Translations under genes and position numbers: made by a program | Shown: positions 13,241 through 25,900 of the stretch, one piece after another | Layout: each line of letters starts with the position of its first letter | Position numbering within the stretch: the first letter of the stretch is position 1 | NCBI GenBank assembly: GCA_964247055.1 | Contig: OZ176050.1 | Coordinates: 12,338,001-12,402,000 of the forward strand | Length of the DNA stretch: 64,000 bases | Reading direction: 5' to 3' | From: Paragordius varius | Lineage: Eukaryota; Animalia; Nematomorpha | Notes under the pieces: model-generated | What the model was told of the DNA's origin: nothing | What the model saw: the letters and a program-made list of their open reading frames with translations, nothing else | Databases searched by the model: none

Positions 13241-13918
13241 GTGTTGTTCGAAAATTAGGTTTAAATTTAAAAACAAACTAAATAATTATTTCAATCTTTA
13301 ATGCCTTCACAAAACTAATTTTTTTAAAAATTTGAACTTACATGTTTTTGTAAAGAGTCCATTGATTTTGGTGATTAATTAACAAGACATAATTACTATA
13401 TTATAAATCTGACTAAATAAACCAAATTTTATTGCTAAACAACCAAAACAATCGTATACAATATATATATATAAAAATGTCACCTATTAATAGAGAAATT
13501 GAAACATGAAAAAATAGCCCTTATTTGCATACAACATAAATGTCTTTCGTATTCTAGCATTAAGAGTAAAAATGTAATATAGCTCCAAGTTATTTACGCG
13601 AAAAGAAATGCAAATTCGTAAAAAAATCTTGTTGTAAGCAGGCAGCACACGTAAATTTATAGTTTTTTAGTGTTCCATCATTGCAATAACAAAAAAAAGT
13701 AAAAAATGATGCAGAACGAAATATGTAGTATGCATTTTTTACATTTTTTTGCTTGTTTGTAAATATGGGAAAAAAGAAATTTTGGGACTTTTTTTTATTA
13801 ATGTTAATTACATAATCGATCACTAATTCTTAATTTCATTTTTATAATTCGAAAAAGTTTAAAATATAAAAAAATTACTTAATAAATATTATGTAAATTT
13901 TATTTGTTAATATCTCAA

Positions 13919-16900
13919 ATGTTTTCTAAGAATTCTTTTGGATCCTTAATCCACTATATATGTTACATAGCATCAATATGTACTATTGGATATTTAATCA
14001 TTCCAGTTTCTTTTGCCCATTCAGGTAAGGCAAAATATAAATTATTTTATATTATTTATCGATTTTTCCAATAGTATTTAAAAAGCATATATAATTATTA
14101 CCTTTTAAAGTAGTTTATTAGCTCAGAGCGATGATTAAAAAATTAACTTATGCATACATGTGAGTTTTATGGCCTTAGCGTTTTATTGACAAAATATTCA
14201 CAAACTTTTTCCCACAAAATATTTTTTTCGAAACCGCTAATATAAATTAATAAACTTAATTAAAATTAAATTTTTTTAAAAACAATTAACTAAAAATCAA
14301 CCTTTCATTTTAATGTAATAAAGTCTTAAATTTTCGAGAAATGACATAAAGGGGATGATCGTTAATGATATGGCCTTTTACGGTGTCTTCGTTTATGTGG
14401 TTCACACTGTCTAAATGTTATTAATTTTTGCTACTGGCAACACGGTAAAAGAAGAGGATCGCGTGTCTTACGGTTAAATAAGGGATTTTTTGCTTTTTTC
14501 ATATCCTTATTTTTTTAATGTGCCTTTAAATATTTGACATTTTAGTTCACCCTTTAGGGCCTTTACCATTCGGAAGATTTAAAACATATTAAGAAATTAA
14601 TGGTAGATAAGACAAAAATGCCGGTAAAACACTATTTAGAAATGTCAACCAAAATGCGCGGAAAGCTATATTTATTCGTTTCGCTATTAACATTTGGAAT
14701 TAATATTTAATTTTATCATACCCTTTTATAAATTAAACTTAATGAATTTGGACCTAAAAGATTTTGCGATTACTTTTTACAAAACTCTATTATCAAAGAA
14801 GCTTTGAAAATAAATAAAACAGTTAAATTATGCTAAAACATTTGCATACAATCGAAATTTGTTATAGCTTATGTTTATATAAATTTCGTTTAAGGGTATG
14901 TATAATCCCAAAAAGCGTGGTGTCAGTTCCACAAGCTTTAAATGTATTCAATTTTAAGCAGGTAATGGATGTAACCGTTTCAGTTTCCAGGAGTTTTTGT
15001 AAACATTTTTAAAGGAACCGTGGTTTTGGTGTCAAACATAGCTTATAGTTTTAATTTCAACCCCCTATATTAATATCTTAATTCTTTTTTTTATGTTGAA
15101 GCCCTTATGATGTTCACGGAATCCGAGACAAACAAAATTTTTATGATAAATACCGCCAGAAGATTGAATTTACCAACGATAATAGTGCTTAACCCATATA
15201 AATCAATCGAAGCATTCGATACGGCTTACGTGTATGATACATCTATATTTCCACAAAAGACAACAAATTCCTATGCTAATGATTATTTATCAAAGTATGA
15301 ACAAGGAGAGACCTCCAGCAAAAAATCCCAACTCCCTAACCCAAGACTTTTTGTTGCCGCTTCAGATAATGATGGCTCATTCATTATAACAACTGATTTA
15401 ACAGGCGGTGATGCCATAGTACTCAGACGAATAAGTGATACTCGAGGTTACTATTCTCTCAACTTATATAAATGTAAACATGAATATTTAATGAAGAATG
15501 TTTGCAATATACCTCTATGTTACTATTTATAGATGGGGGTCTCGTTTATTTTTAGCCTCACCTTTTTTTCAATGTTAAGTCGCATTTTATGATTAGAAAG
15601 GTATAAAATTATTTTATTTAAAATATATCATAAAAGTTTACATTTATATTTTTATAACGCAATATTAAATATTGTTTAAAAATATTTTGTAAGACTAAAA
15701 TGACAGGGTATAAAACATAATATCTTAATTTTATAAAATTCATTCAATCCGATTTCCCAAACTACACTAGGTTGGGGTTTTACCTGTTATAATTATGTCA
15801 ACGTGACCACTCTTAAAGATATGTTCACATATACTTTAAAATAGTTTGAGGTAATTGTATTTTCGATTCTTGCAGCTACTTATATCTTCTAATATTCAAT
15901 ACTGAAAACTACCAACTTTATTTGACAGTATTATGACTACAGGTGGAAAAAATAACTTTGTGTCATATGGTTTTGGTTATAATTATAATTATTTGTTAAA
16001 ATGGAATTTGTATACGTTTGATTGGTGGTTAAAACGGTGATGGACCTTGCTTTTATGAAATATTAGACCGGAAATGTATATGTAAATTAATAATAGATAA
16101 AATAGTAAGATTCTTTAAAAAATGCAACCCGAATTATCTTACGACACATCAGGACCAATCTCTATTTAATGAGGCGATTTTGAATTCTTACGGCCATATT
16201 ATATACCTTAGAATGAATAACTGTTTTTTTATTTTTAAATTACTTTATGATCTATTTTAAATATGGTTTTAAATGTTTTTTACAGAACTTGTTGAAATGT
16301 TTTTTCATCCAAATTCAACTTGAACAAATCATATGAATCTCCACAATGATAGTTATATGAAAATTGATTAAAAGTGTTGATGTTGGTGTGTAACACGCAA
16401 TAAATTTTATAAGCAGCTTTTCTGGATAAAAATTGATAAATAAGATAACTTTTAACATTTTTTGAGGTAACCGATAAAATATATTCAATAAACAATATAT
16501 AGTTCGAATATCATCCTTGACTGTTGATCCATATTCCAAACTGATTTATTACGCCTCAAATTCCAAAGAAAATGCCACAATTAACGTTCTTGATTACCAG
16601 GGTATTTATCACAAACAATTACTCATGCTCCCGAACACAAGAATACATACGCTAAAAGTTTCACCAATACATGGGTATATGAATAAATTTGTTACATGAA
16701 AATAGACAGAAAATTATTGGTTGTACAATTCTTTTGTAAAATGCTATATACAGGTTTTTTTATTTTTCTTAAATTTAAGTCTATAAATTTAAGCAAAAAC
16801 GCGAAAAGATTTCTTCTATATAATCTATTTTAATTATATCTCTATTGACAAATTAAATCTCTACTGTTAATATTTTCATTCAAATTAAATTAAAATTTGT

Positions 16901-19900
16901 AATAATATAAAAAATCGAACGACTAAATTGTACATCCATATGCTACAGTTAATCAGTGGTGGAACTATAGATTATGAGTCCACCCACAAGATTTAGATAT
17001 AAAAATATAAATTCAAATTTACTTATTTTTTAATTAACATAAAAGTTTCTTTCCCGCTCATTTGTCTTCACGCTCGTTATTTTTATATTAGTGAATTATA
17101 ATATTATTAACGTTTTTTATTAATAAAAGGGATAAATACCTTCCAGCCCAACGGGTGGGATTTTATTTTCTAATAACTTCCTTTAAAATCCTGGTAGAAC
17201 TTCTTAAAAGTATTCAATCTTTTTCCGTAGACAAAAAAATATATATTTTGCCTCCAGAGTTGCAAAAATATCCGATGCTTCTCTACAAGATGGAAAATAA
17301 TCATTTATAACTAAATTTAGATTATGAGCGGGCGCAATGAACGTAAACAGCCTGGGCTAATCCTTTCTTAAAGGAGATATAACTCCATTAAAAGTTCCGC
17401 TTATAACACTGTCTTCATCATAACCTTGGCCTCTACACTTATCTAATGATAAATTATAGTTTTTTAAAGATTTAATTTATTATACTACATAACTCATACG
17501 TTGAATATTTATCGAATTCTTTATATCCTGAACTTACATTTCATTTTTGCCATACCATTTCCCTTATAATTTTAACAATTCGAAATATTTGACTTAATTG
17601 ACCTTTTATTGCTACGTCCTGAGAAGTGGCTAAAATAAGAGTGTAAAATTTTCAATATTATTACTTCTCTCAAACGCGTAGCAATGCATTCTATAAATTC
17701 TCTTGTATTAAAGGACTCAAATATTTAATGTAACCCTTAGGCTTATCCAAAACTTGCTTCATTATGGCTATTATACAATTTGATAAGAACCATACTTAAA
17801 ATATTACCATTAATTTTCAAAAGTCTCACGATGATCACGGAACGACAAGGAATTTTTTGACAAAGCTAATGTTATGTTAACTAATCTCTCTCTAATACCT
17901 CAACCCAAATGTGAGAGCAACAATAGTGTAGATTATGGAGATAGTTTGAATCATACTGATTTGGAACGACGTAGTTTAAGCCGTTTTATTTCAGAAAATT
18001 CCGATATGGGTAAATGGTATAAATGGAAGGAGGTAAAACGATTCAACGGGATTTTAAAAATAACTAACTTAAGTAACGAAACAAATATTTTGGATTAAGG
18101 TATTAGAGAGATTAGTCAACATAACATTAGCTTTGTCGAAAATTTCCTGTTCTGTGTCATCGTAATAATTATTATTTCAGATTCAGCTTTTAGCAAAATA
18201 TGATAGCATGGTAAAGCAAGTACTGGACAAGTTTAAGGGCGAAATTAAAAATTTGAGTCCATTAATATATACAAGAGCAAATTATAGACTGCATTACTTC
18301 GCTTTTACACTACTCAGAAGGACATACCAAACAAAGATTATAATTAAGTCATCAAATATTTCGATTTGTTAAAATTATTTGAGAAAAAGGTATGGCAAAA
18401 AAAATTTATATTAAGGATTAGGCTTTATAGAAATTGAGAAACAATAAGCACATGAGTTATATAGTCTGATAAAAAAATCTTTAAAAAACCATAATTTATC
18501 ATGAGATAAGTGTAGAGGCCAAGGTTATGATGGAGCCAGTGTTATGAACGGAACTTACAATGCCATTTTTGAACGCTTATTTTCTTATCATTCTCTCTTT
18601 TCCTTTTGAGCTTCAATCTATTTTGACACACTGAAATCAAAAACATCCAGAATTAAATATTTTGTAATAAATTTTTTTAGAATTAAGCGATTTTTCTGTG
18701 AAAACCGAGAGGTTGGCAACCGCTCTTTTGTGCGGTCCTCTAAAATAATGGCCATAAAATTTTAAAAATGACCAAATCCATGAGGTGCGGTGACTAACAT
18801 GGGCATTAAATTAATTATTTTACTATGCAAACTTAATTCCCACTTCATGAATGGGATAGCTTGTTTAATAAAGCCTTCTCTGTTTCGCTCGTCTGCTACT
18901 ATATATTCCAATACTAATTTTTCACATAAACACATTGTCACATTTGCCCGGCAGTATGGGCCTACCTAGGGATAGCCGCAGGAAGACTTAATAAATAAGT
19001 TATATTTCGGAATTCGGATACAAAAATCATTTGTCAGCTGTTTAGTCAGAATAATAAGATATTTTTATGGTATTTTCGGCTTTTTGAATTATAATCAGGC
19101 TCTAAAAATTTAAAAGGGAACCGGAATGGTTCTTTAAATTTTCCTTATAATTTATAATAACAAAAAAAATTAGCTTCACCCATCTATATAATTTTTTTTA
19201 TTTTTTAATTATTTTCTTACATTTTTTTCAAAGTCTTAATTGGAGAGAATCTAAAGATGGAATGGATTAAATTTCTAATAATATTTTATTCTTTGCCAGT
19301 TTAGTTTCAATCAAGCAATTTTTACTAACATATACTGTAAATAAATAAAAAATGAATTTGCGCCCCCCCCCCCCCGCAAAATAAAAAGGGGCCCAAAATC
19401 TAAAATTTAATAAAAAAAATAAAAAAAGCCCCTTTATTTTAGGCTTCCCTGCAATGCTTCCCTCCCTCCCAGTAGTTTGGCCATTGCAATTATGTCATTA
19501 ATGGTTCAAATTCAAATTAGAGTTTTAACAGTATCTTTGTAAAAGGTTTTATATACCAAATTTGGGCCAATTTTGATTGCGATCAAAACTTTATATATAA
19601 CGTTTGGCCTTGTCTCAGTAAGAATCATAAATTAATATTTTATAATTAATTTTATGCAGTTATATGTTTTGGAGCAATGTTGGAATTCAACCATCAATTG
19701 ATCGCGCAAATATGGATGGATCTAATCATATACCCTTTGTAACTCAAAATGTGTTATCGCCTTGGGGACTTGCAGTTTCGGACAAAAGTAGAATATAACC
19801 ATATTTTATAATTACTTTTCCGTCGCAAAAGCCAATTAAAAGATAGATTTTTACTAAAATATTTTTTATAATTAAACATTAAACATAAATATGGTATTTA

Positions 19901-22900
19901 ACAAAGTAAGAATTAAACTATAAAAAAATAGATTTGAAACAATTTATAGACATCAATCCAATAACTTTAACCAAGGGTGCTCAACACAAATGACATTTCG
20001 GGCCGCATTCAAAAAATATATGGGCAATAATAAATATTTAATTAATATCCAAAAAGCTATAATTATTACGAGAACAAAATATAAAACTCATTATTTTACC
20101 ATTTGCCAGTTTGGTGCCTAAGTTTGAAATGACTCATTCAGAAATAGGGCAAGCAATATTAATTTGAATTAGATTTAATTTATAAATAGTAATATTTTTG
20201 CGAATTATGGAATTTCTTTGGCAATTTTCCAAATTGTTTATGGGCCTCACAAAATATCTAGGCACCCCTGTCTTAAACTATTTATCTTTATTATATGTTA
20301 CCCACTCTTTATTTCAGAACCAATTCTGTATTGGGGTGATCGTAAAACGTATCGCATTGAAAGCATCAATTTCGATGGTTCTGGTCGACAAGTGCTCATT
20401 GATACTAAACCCCAGGACAATCTATCATTTGATAGCGAGGATGATGGATTAAGTCCACCAGCCACTAATATGGATTCATTTAATGATAATAGCTATGATA
20501 ACTCTGCTCAAAGCAGCCGAATTAGTAAACAACGTCAAACTAAGGGCAGCACTCGAATGATTCAACCCTATTCGATGGCCCTTTATCAAAGTCGCGTTTT
20601 TTGGGCAGATTGGGGCACAGGGGCCATCCTCAAATCTTTATCTTTTTATCACACTGGAAAGTATCAAAGGAATGATGTTATAAGCAAATATTTGCAGGAT
20701 TATGATAAACCTAAATCGTTAGTTATGCTCTCAACTTCACCTACAAGTAAATTTATAAGTTTTGTTTTTTAGGTCTAACATATATGGTGGAAAATTAGTT
20801 TTTTTATAAATGTGTGTAAATTTATTAAATTATAATTTACATTGTAAATTTTTGTGTTACTACCAGCATTTTTTGGATTAAAATTCTGATCTTTTTTCGG
20901 GAAACTCTTCATATAATATTTAATTTGTACATCATTCCAACGTATTTATATTTTTCTTTCCATACCAGGTAAGAAACAATTGCCCTATTATCCCTGTTTC
21001 GACAGTAACAAATGGTGGACTAATACATTAAATTACAATAAAAATAATGATAAGAAGAATAAAGGTAATTTATGTAGCCAACTATGTTTACCAATACCCA
21101 AAGATAGTATAACACAAAGTTATGTGTCATCATCATCTCAAACGGCCTTTAGAGACGAAACTCAAATATCAGATTGGTGGAAAGATTTTCATACTGGTCA
21201 CGTATGCATGTGTCGCGATAATATTGGTTTATAATTTGCGGATATATATATATATATATATCAAATCTTAAAAGTGATAGTGCTATTTGGAAACTAATTT
21301 CTGGTTTTTAGGATGTAAGCAACAAAATGCGATTTTGATAGTTTTACAACCAACCTGGTTTTGACTAAAAAAAACAAAACACTGTTTTTTAGCATCTGGA
21401 ATTTTGGGTAGTTTTCACAAGAGCTTCTAAATTTTTGAAAATATCATTTTAGCATAAAACTTTACTCATTAATTTTGTGTATGCGGTATCATTAAGTTTA
21501 CTTCCGGCTCTTATTTCAATAGCAATTCCAGTTTTAATTTTAAAAAATTAAGAACCAATTCGGTTTCGATTTCTCTTTTTTTGACTTGATCCCTGATTTA
21601 AATCTATAGATTAATGCTTTGTTTAATTAATAATTTTAGATAAAACATCTTCAGATTCTGGATTATGTATACGAACTAGCCAATCCGGGAAACAGTTGAC
21701 ATCCAAATCAAACATTCAACATTCATCATCGCTCATAGTTTATGATAGAGCATTAGGTCAATTAGTTTATGTACGTGAGGGGCAATTCAATCAACCCTTA
21801 GTCAGCGTTGGTTCACAATCTATCGTAATGTCTTTCGATTGGGATCCGGTACAACAAATTTTATATTGGCTAGAATATGTGGGCCATACATTAGGGAAAC
21901 GAAAGTCACCTTCGGCAGCGTTATTGGAAAATTCTCATTCCATCGATTTCTCATCTTTCACCTCATTTTTAGGGGGGACATCGAATGGAATAAATTCAAA
22001 CATACAGTAATAATTTAAAGTAACCAGACAAAACGTAAAATATAAAAGACATTTTTTATGAAAGACAACCATACTATTTTAAAGCTTGATTTTTCATCCT
22101 AAAGTATTTAATTAGAATAATCAATTATAAAATTAAGCGTAATAACAATTTGAATTTACATATTTTGTTCCAAAGTGATGAGTTATATCTATGAAAAATA
22201 GGATTGTAAAATATAGTTTAGTTGTCTTTGAAATGCCATTTAGTTTTTACTTTTTTGTTATATTTCGTTTTTACTGTACCTTTCTATAGCATTAACGGGA
22301 GTAATGTCTTAATGAATGATGAACACGCCATAACAAGTTATATTGCATTGAATTTTGTAACGCTTGAAACCATCAATGAGAATAATGCAAACAATAAAAA
22401 TAGCAATGATGTTGGGACTCTTCCTCAGTCAACCGTGGTTATAAAGGCTTCGTACGTTAAAACTATACGGACTTTTAATCCAATAAGTAAGGAATTACTA
22501 GGCAAATTTTAAAAATTTAATAAAATGTCTTATTTGTTTAGGTGTATTTTTTAAGGATAAGCTTGGTATCAAGAATGTTTTTTTAAAATACAAGCTTCTC
22601 CTTCAAAAATTAAAATATTTTAAAAAATATTCAAAATACGTCATTTTAAACATGAAAAAAAAAACGTTTTGCAATCAAATCTGTGGTGTAATAGGGTATT
22701 AATATTATAAGCCAAAATCCTGAACGTTTAAAATTTAGATTATTGTTTTGTTATCATCAGCATTTTTTCCCACTAAAATAACATATATTTTTTTTCAGTA
22801 ACCAAACCGGAAAGTATGGCATTTAATCCATTATCACGTTTGCTATATTATACGGATTCAGTTCGGCGTACTATTTCAGTCCTAAGCCTTAATGGCCACT

Positions 22901-25900
22901 CCGAAAGAATCTTGATTAAACGACCGACGGCTTACAAACCCAAGCACATTCAGATAGATTACATGGCTGGGTATGTATTAAATATTTATAATTCCTATAT
23001 TTATAGTTTTAATCGATTAAATTAGAAGTAAGATTAATAATTAGTAAATTCTTAAGCATAATAAAAAGTATATAGTAATGTTTCCTGTTATTTAAACATA
23101 GTATTTTAACATGAGATATATCATATATTCATTACGCTGTAAAGTTTGATGTTTTGGGTTGAAGTGTCCGAATTCGATAAACAATTTTTTTCTGCCTGGA
23201 CAGATGGGAGTAACATTAAAACGTTGGCTCAATCAACAACTACCACAATAAGTTCCTTGCATATCTATCCACCTGGTAAAACTTGATTTCGGATAATATT
23301 AAACAATATGTTTAGGCAATATATATATATATTTTTACGTACAAAATTTTTTTTAAAAAGTCTTAGTTTTAACCTATAAATTAATCAATTTTGCGTAATG
23401 TATATATAGATAGATAGTGCAATTTTCAATTAATTCATCTCATTATACACATACAAATACACACACCAATAAACTAAAATTTTCTTTTTATTATATCGAT
23501 TTTTTGTACATTTATCCAGAAAAATTGGTGATTTGGACTGATGCAGATTATTCCATTGTAGAAGCTATAAATTATGATGGGGGTGAACGCAGACCTCTGC
23601 ACATTTATCAACCGTCTCAAACGAAATCTTTGGCTGAACAAAACACAGCTAATGACCCGACATTGGCTAATTCAATCTTTAACATTGCATTTATGGGGGG
23701 AAATCGATTTGCTGTTTTATCTAAGGGTAGTTCACATATTTTCACCTATTCAGATATGTTACATACCATAGTGCCGTCTGGTAAGTTACCACCATCCCCC
23801 GATTATTTTGAACCACACGCCTTAATTATACCAGAAACTTTAAAGTTGCCCACACTTATGTTAACAATCAATGATCAAGACACAAAAACTGTAAAAGATG
23901 AGTTGGAAAGCAAAAATCCCTGTCTTAAACCCGATAAGAATGATAATGATGTAAAAATCACTAAATATGTCCCAACTTGTAGTCATTTTTGTTTAGTTAT
24001 ACCCTTAATATTTCCATCTTCTTCCTCTGATGGGCTTGCTAAAATAACCCGCGTTTGTGAATGTCCGAATGGACTTACTAAAGTAACCCTACCTCCCCAA
24101 AATGGTAAAAATAGCCAAAGTAATATTGGTTTGACTCAAATATTTCGTGAAGTGTGCGTTTTTGATCGTATTTCACCCAACCAAGTTAATAAGCAACAAA
24201 AAACACTCATAGATTATTACAATTTGCATGGACACACAAATGATGATGCAAAAACATCGCTGATTGCGACAGAACAAAATAATAATAATATTAACAATAT
24301 TATGAATAATAATAATGGATTGGTCAAAAATGTGGAGTATCTTTTAAGGGATGAAATGTTGTATGAATCCAGTAAATACTCTTTATATATTTGTATTTAT
24401 AATATTTGATTAAAATTAAGCATTTCAAATATATAATTTAATTTTTGAATAAAAATGTTATTTTTCTTTGCATACAAATTATTTTGATAGCTCTAATTTC
24501 TTTTAAGCCATCTATAGTTCATTACATTTCCTGATAATTGTAAGATATAACAGTAAATATATCCTAACTAACAAACCTGCTTAGAATAGATCATTTTATT
24601 ATTAATTGTTTTTTTAAAATCGTAATTCAATGTTTATCTGGATAAAATTAACTTATTTTATTTTTTTTATTAGAAGTTATTATAAATGGTGTTACATTAT
24701 ATAATTATTCTATTAAGTTAAGAAAGAATCCCAATTGTTAATTGATTATTTAAAAGTTTTTATTATTTTTAACTCTTTGAATGAAGCAACTGTGGGATTT
24801 TTAATAAATATTTACAGTAAAATATGTAATTATACCGACGAATTTTTAAACTAACAGACATAATTTTTTTTATAATAGACAGAGTGTTAAAATCAAAAGA
24901 TTAAAATTTTTAATTTGCGGACAAATTTTTTTTATACGGACATATCCGAAATATAATAGAGTAAGAGGAGCTTTCATCTATAATATTGATAAATAATAAC
25001 CCTCTGAATTCTAGTCGGCTAAATGTTTACTATGCATTTTATAAGAAGCTTTACAACTATAACATAGCTATTGATATTCACCAACTTAAGAATAAACCAT
25101 TTTTGATTTAATATTAACTAATATATTTAATGAATAGGATTTAATAAATCTCGCATTTTATTAAAATTGAGGAAAATATTATTTCTTTTGCATTATTAAC
25201 ACCAATCATAATTGTAAAATTTAAAATAACCTTATTATAATTGTATTCATTTTAAAGAAACTTCTTTACTATTGAAAAATAATAATAATCCAATTTTTAA
25301 TCTTATTAATCTTATTTTTACAATGTTTCCAATCTTATAATAAATTTTAATCGAAAATATCAATAGTCTAATGGGCTTCTACACTGAGTGTATTTTTAGA
25401 TTATATAACATATCAACTCTCTTTATTATATTGTTAGGTGGGACAACTTTCAATTAACGACAAGATGGGACTCTTCTTAATTTTAAACATCTACCGTATA
25501 AGCTCAATAAGCAGACGATTAAATACTAATCGTCTGCTTTTAATACTAATTATAACTGCAATATAATGTAATAGAGACAATAATTTATTAATGTAATATT
25601 TATATTAAAATAACATCAATATAAATCAATTGTAAAAAAATAAATAATCGTGGAAAAAAATAAAAACACTGGTAAATGCCTTAAAAAATATCTATGTCCG
25701 AAAACAATTACTGATTAACCCTATCATCGCAATAAAATAGAACGGGAACAAGTTTTAAAGTTTTTTTACATGATTGTAATGAAGAGATTTCCAACTATTA
25801 AATATATGCATGCGGTTGAAATATAAAATATTTGATGATGATTTATAAATTAATATTTTATTCATCCCAAACATTATAAATAATGTCTATCCACCGTATT

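Noticed and set aside
22222-22278. Hydrophobic signal-peptide-like start of ORF 22222-22512.
   Set aside because: It is translated from the T-rich MITE end; only the part after 22289 is modelled as exon.
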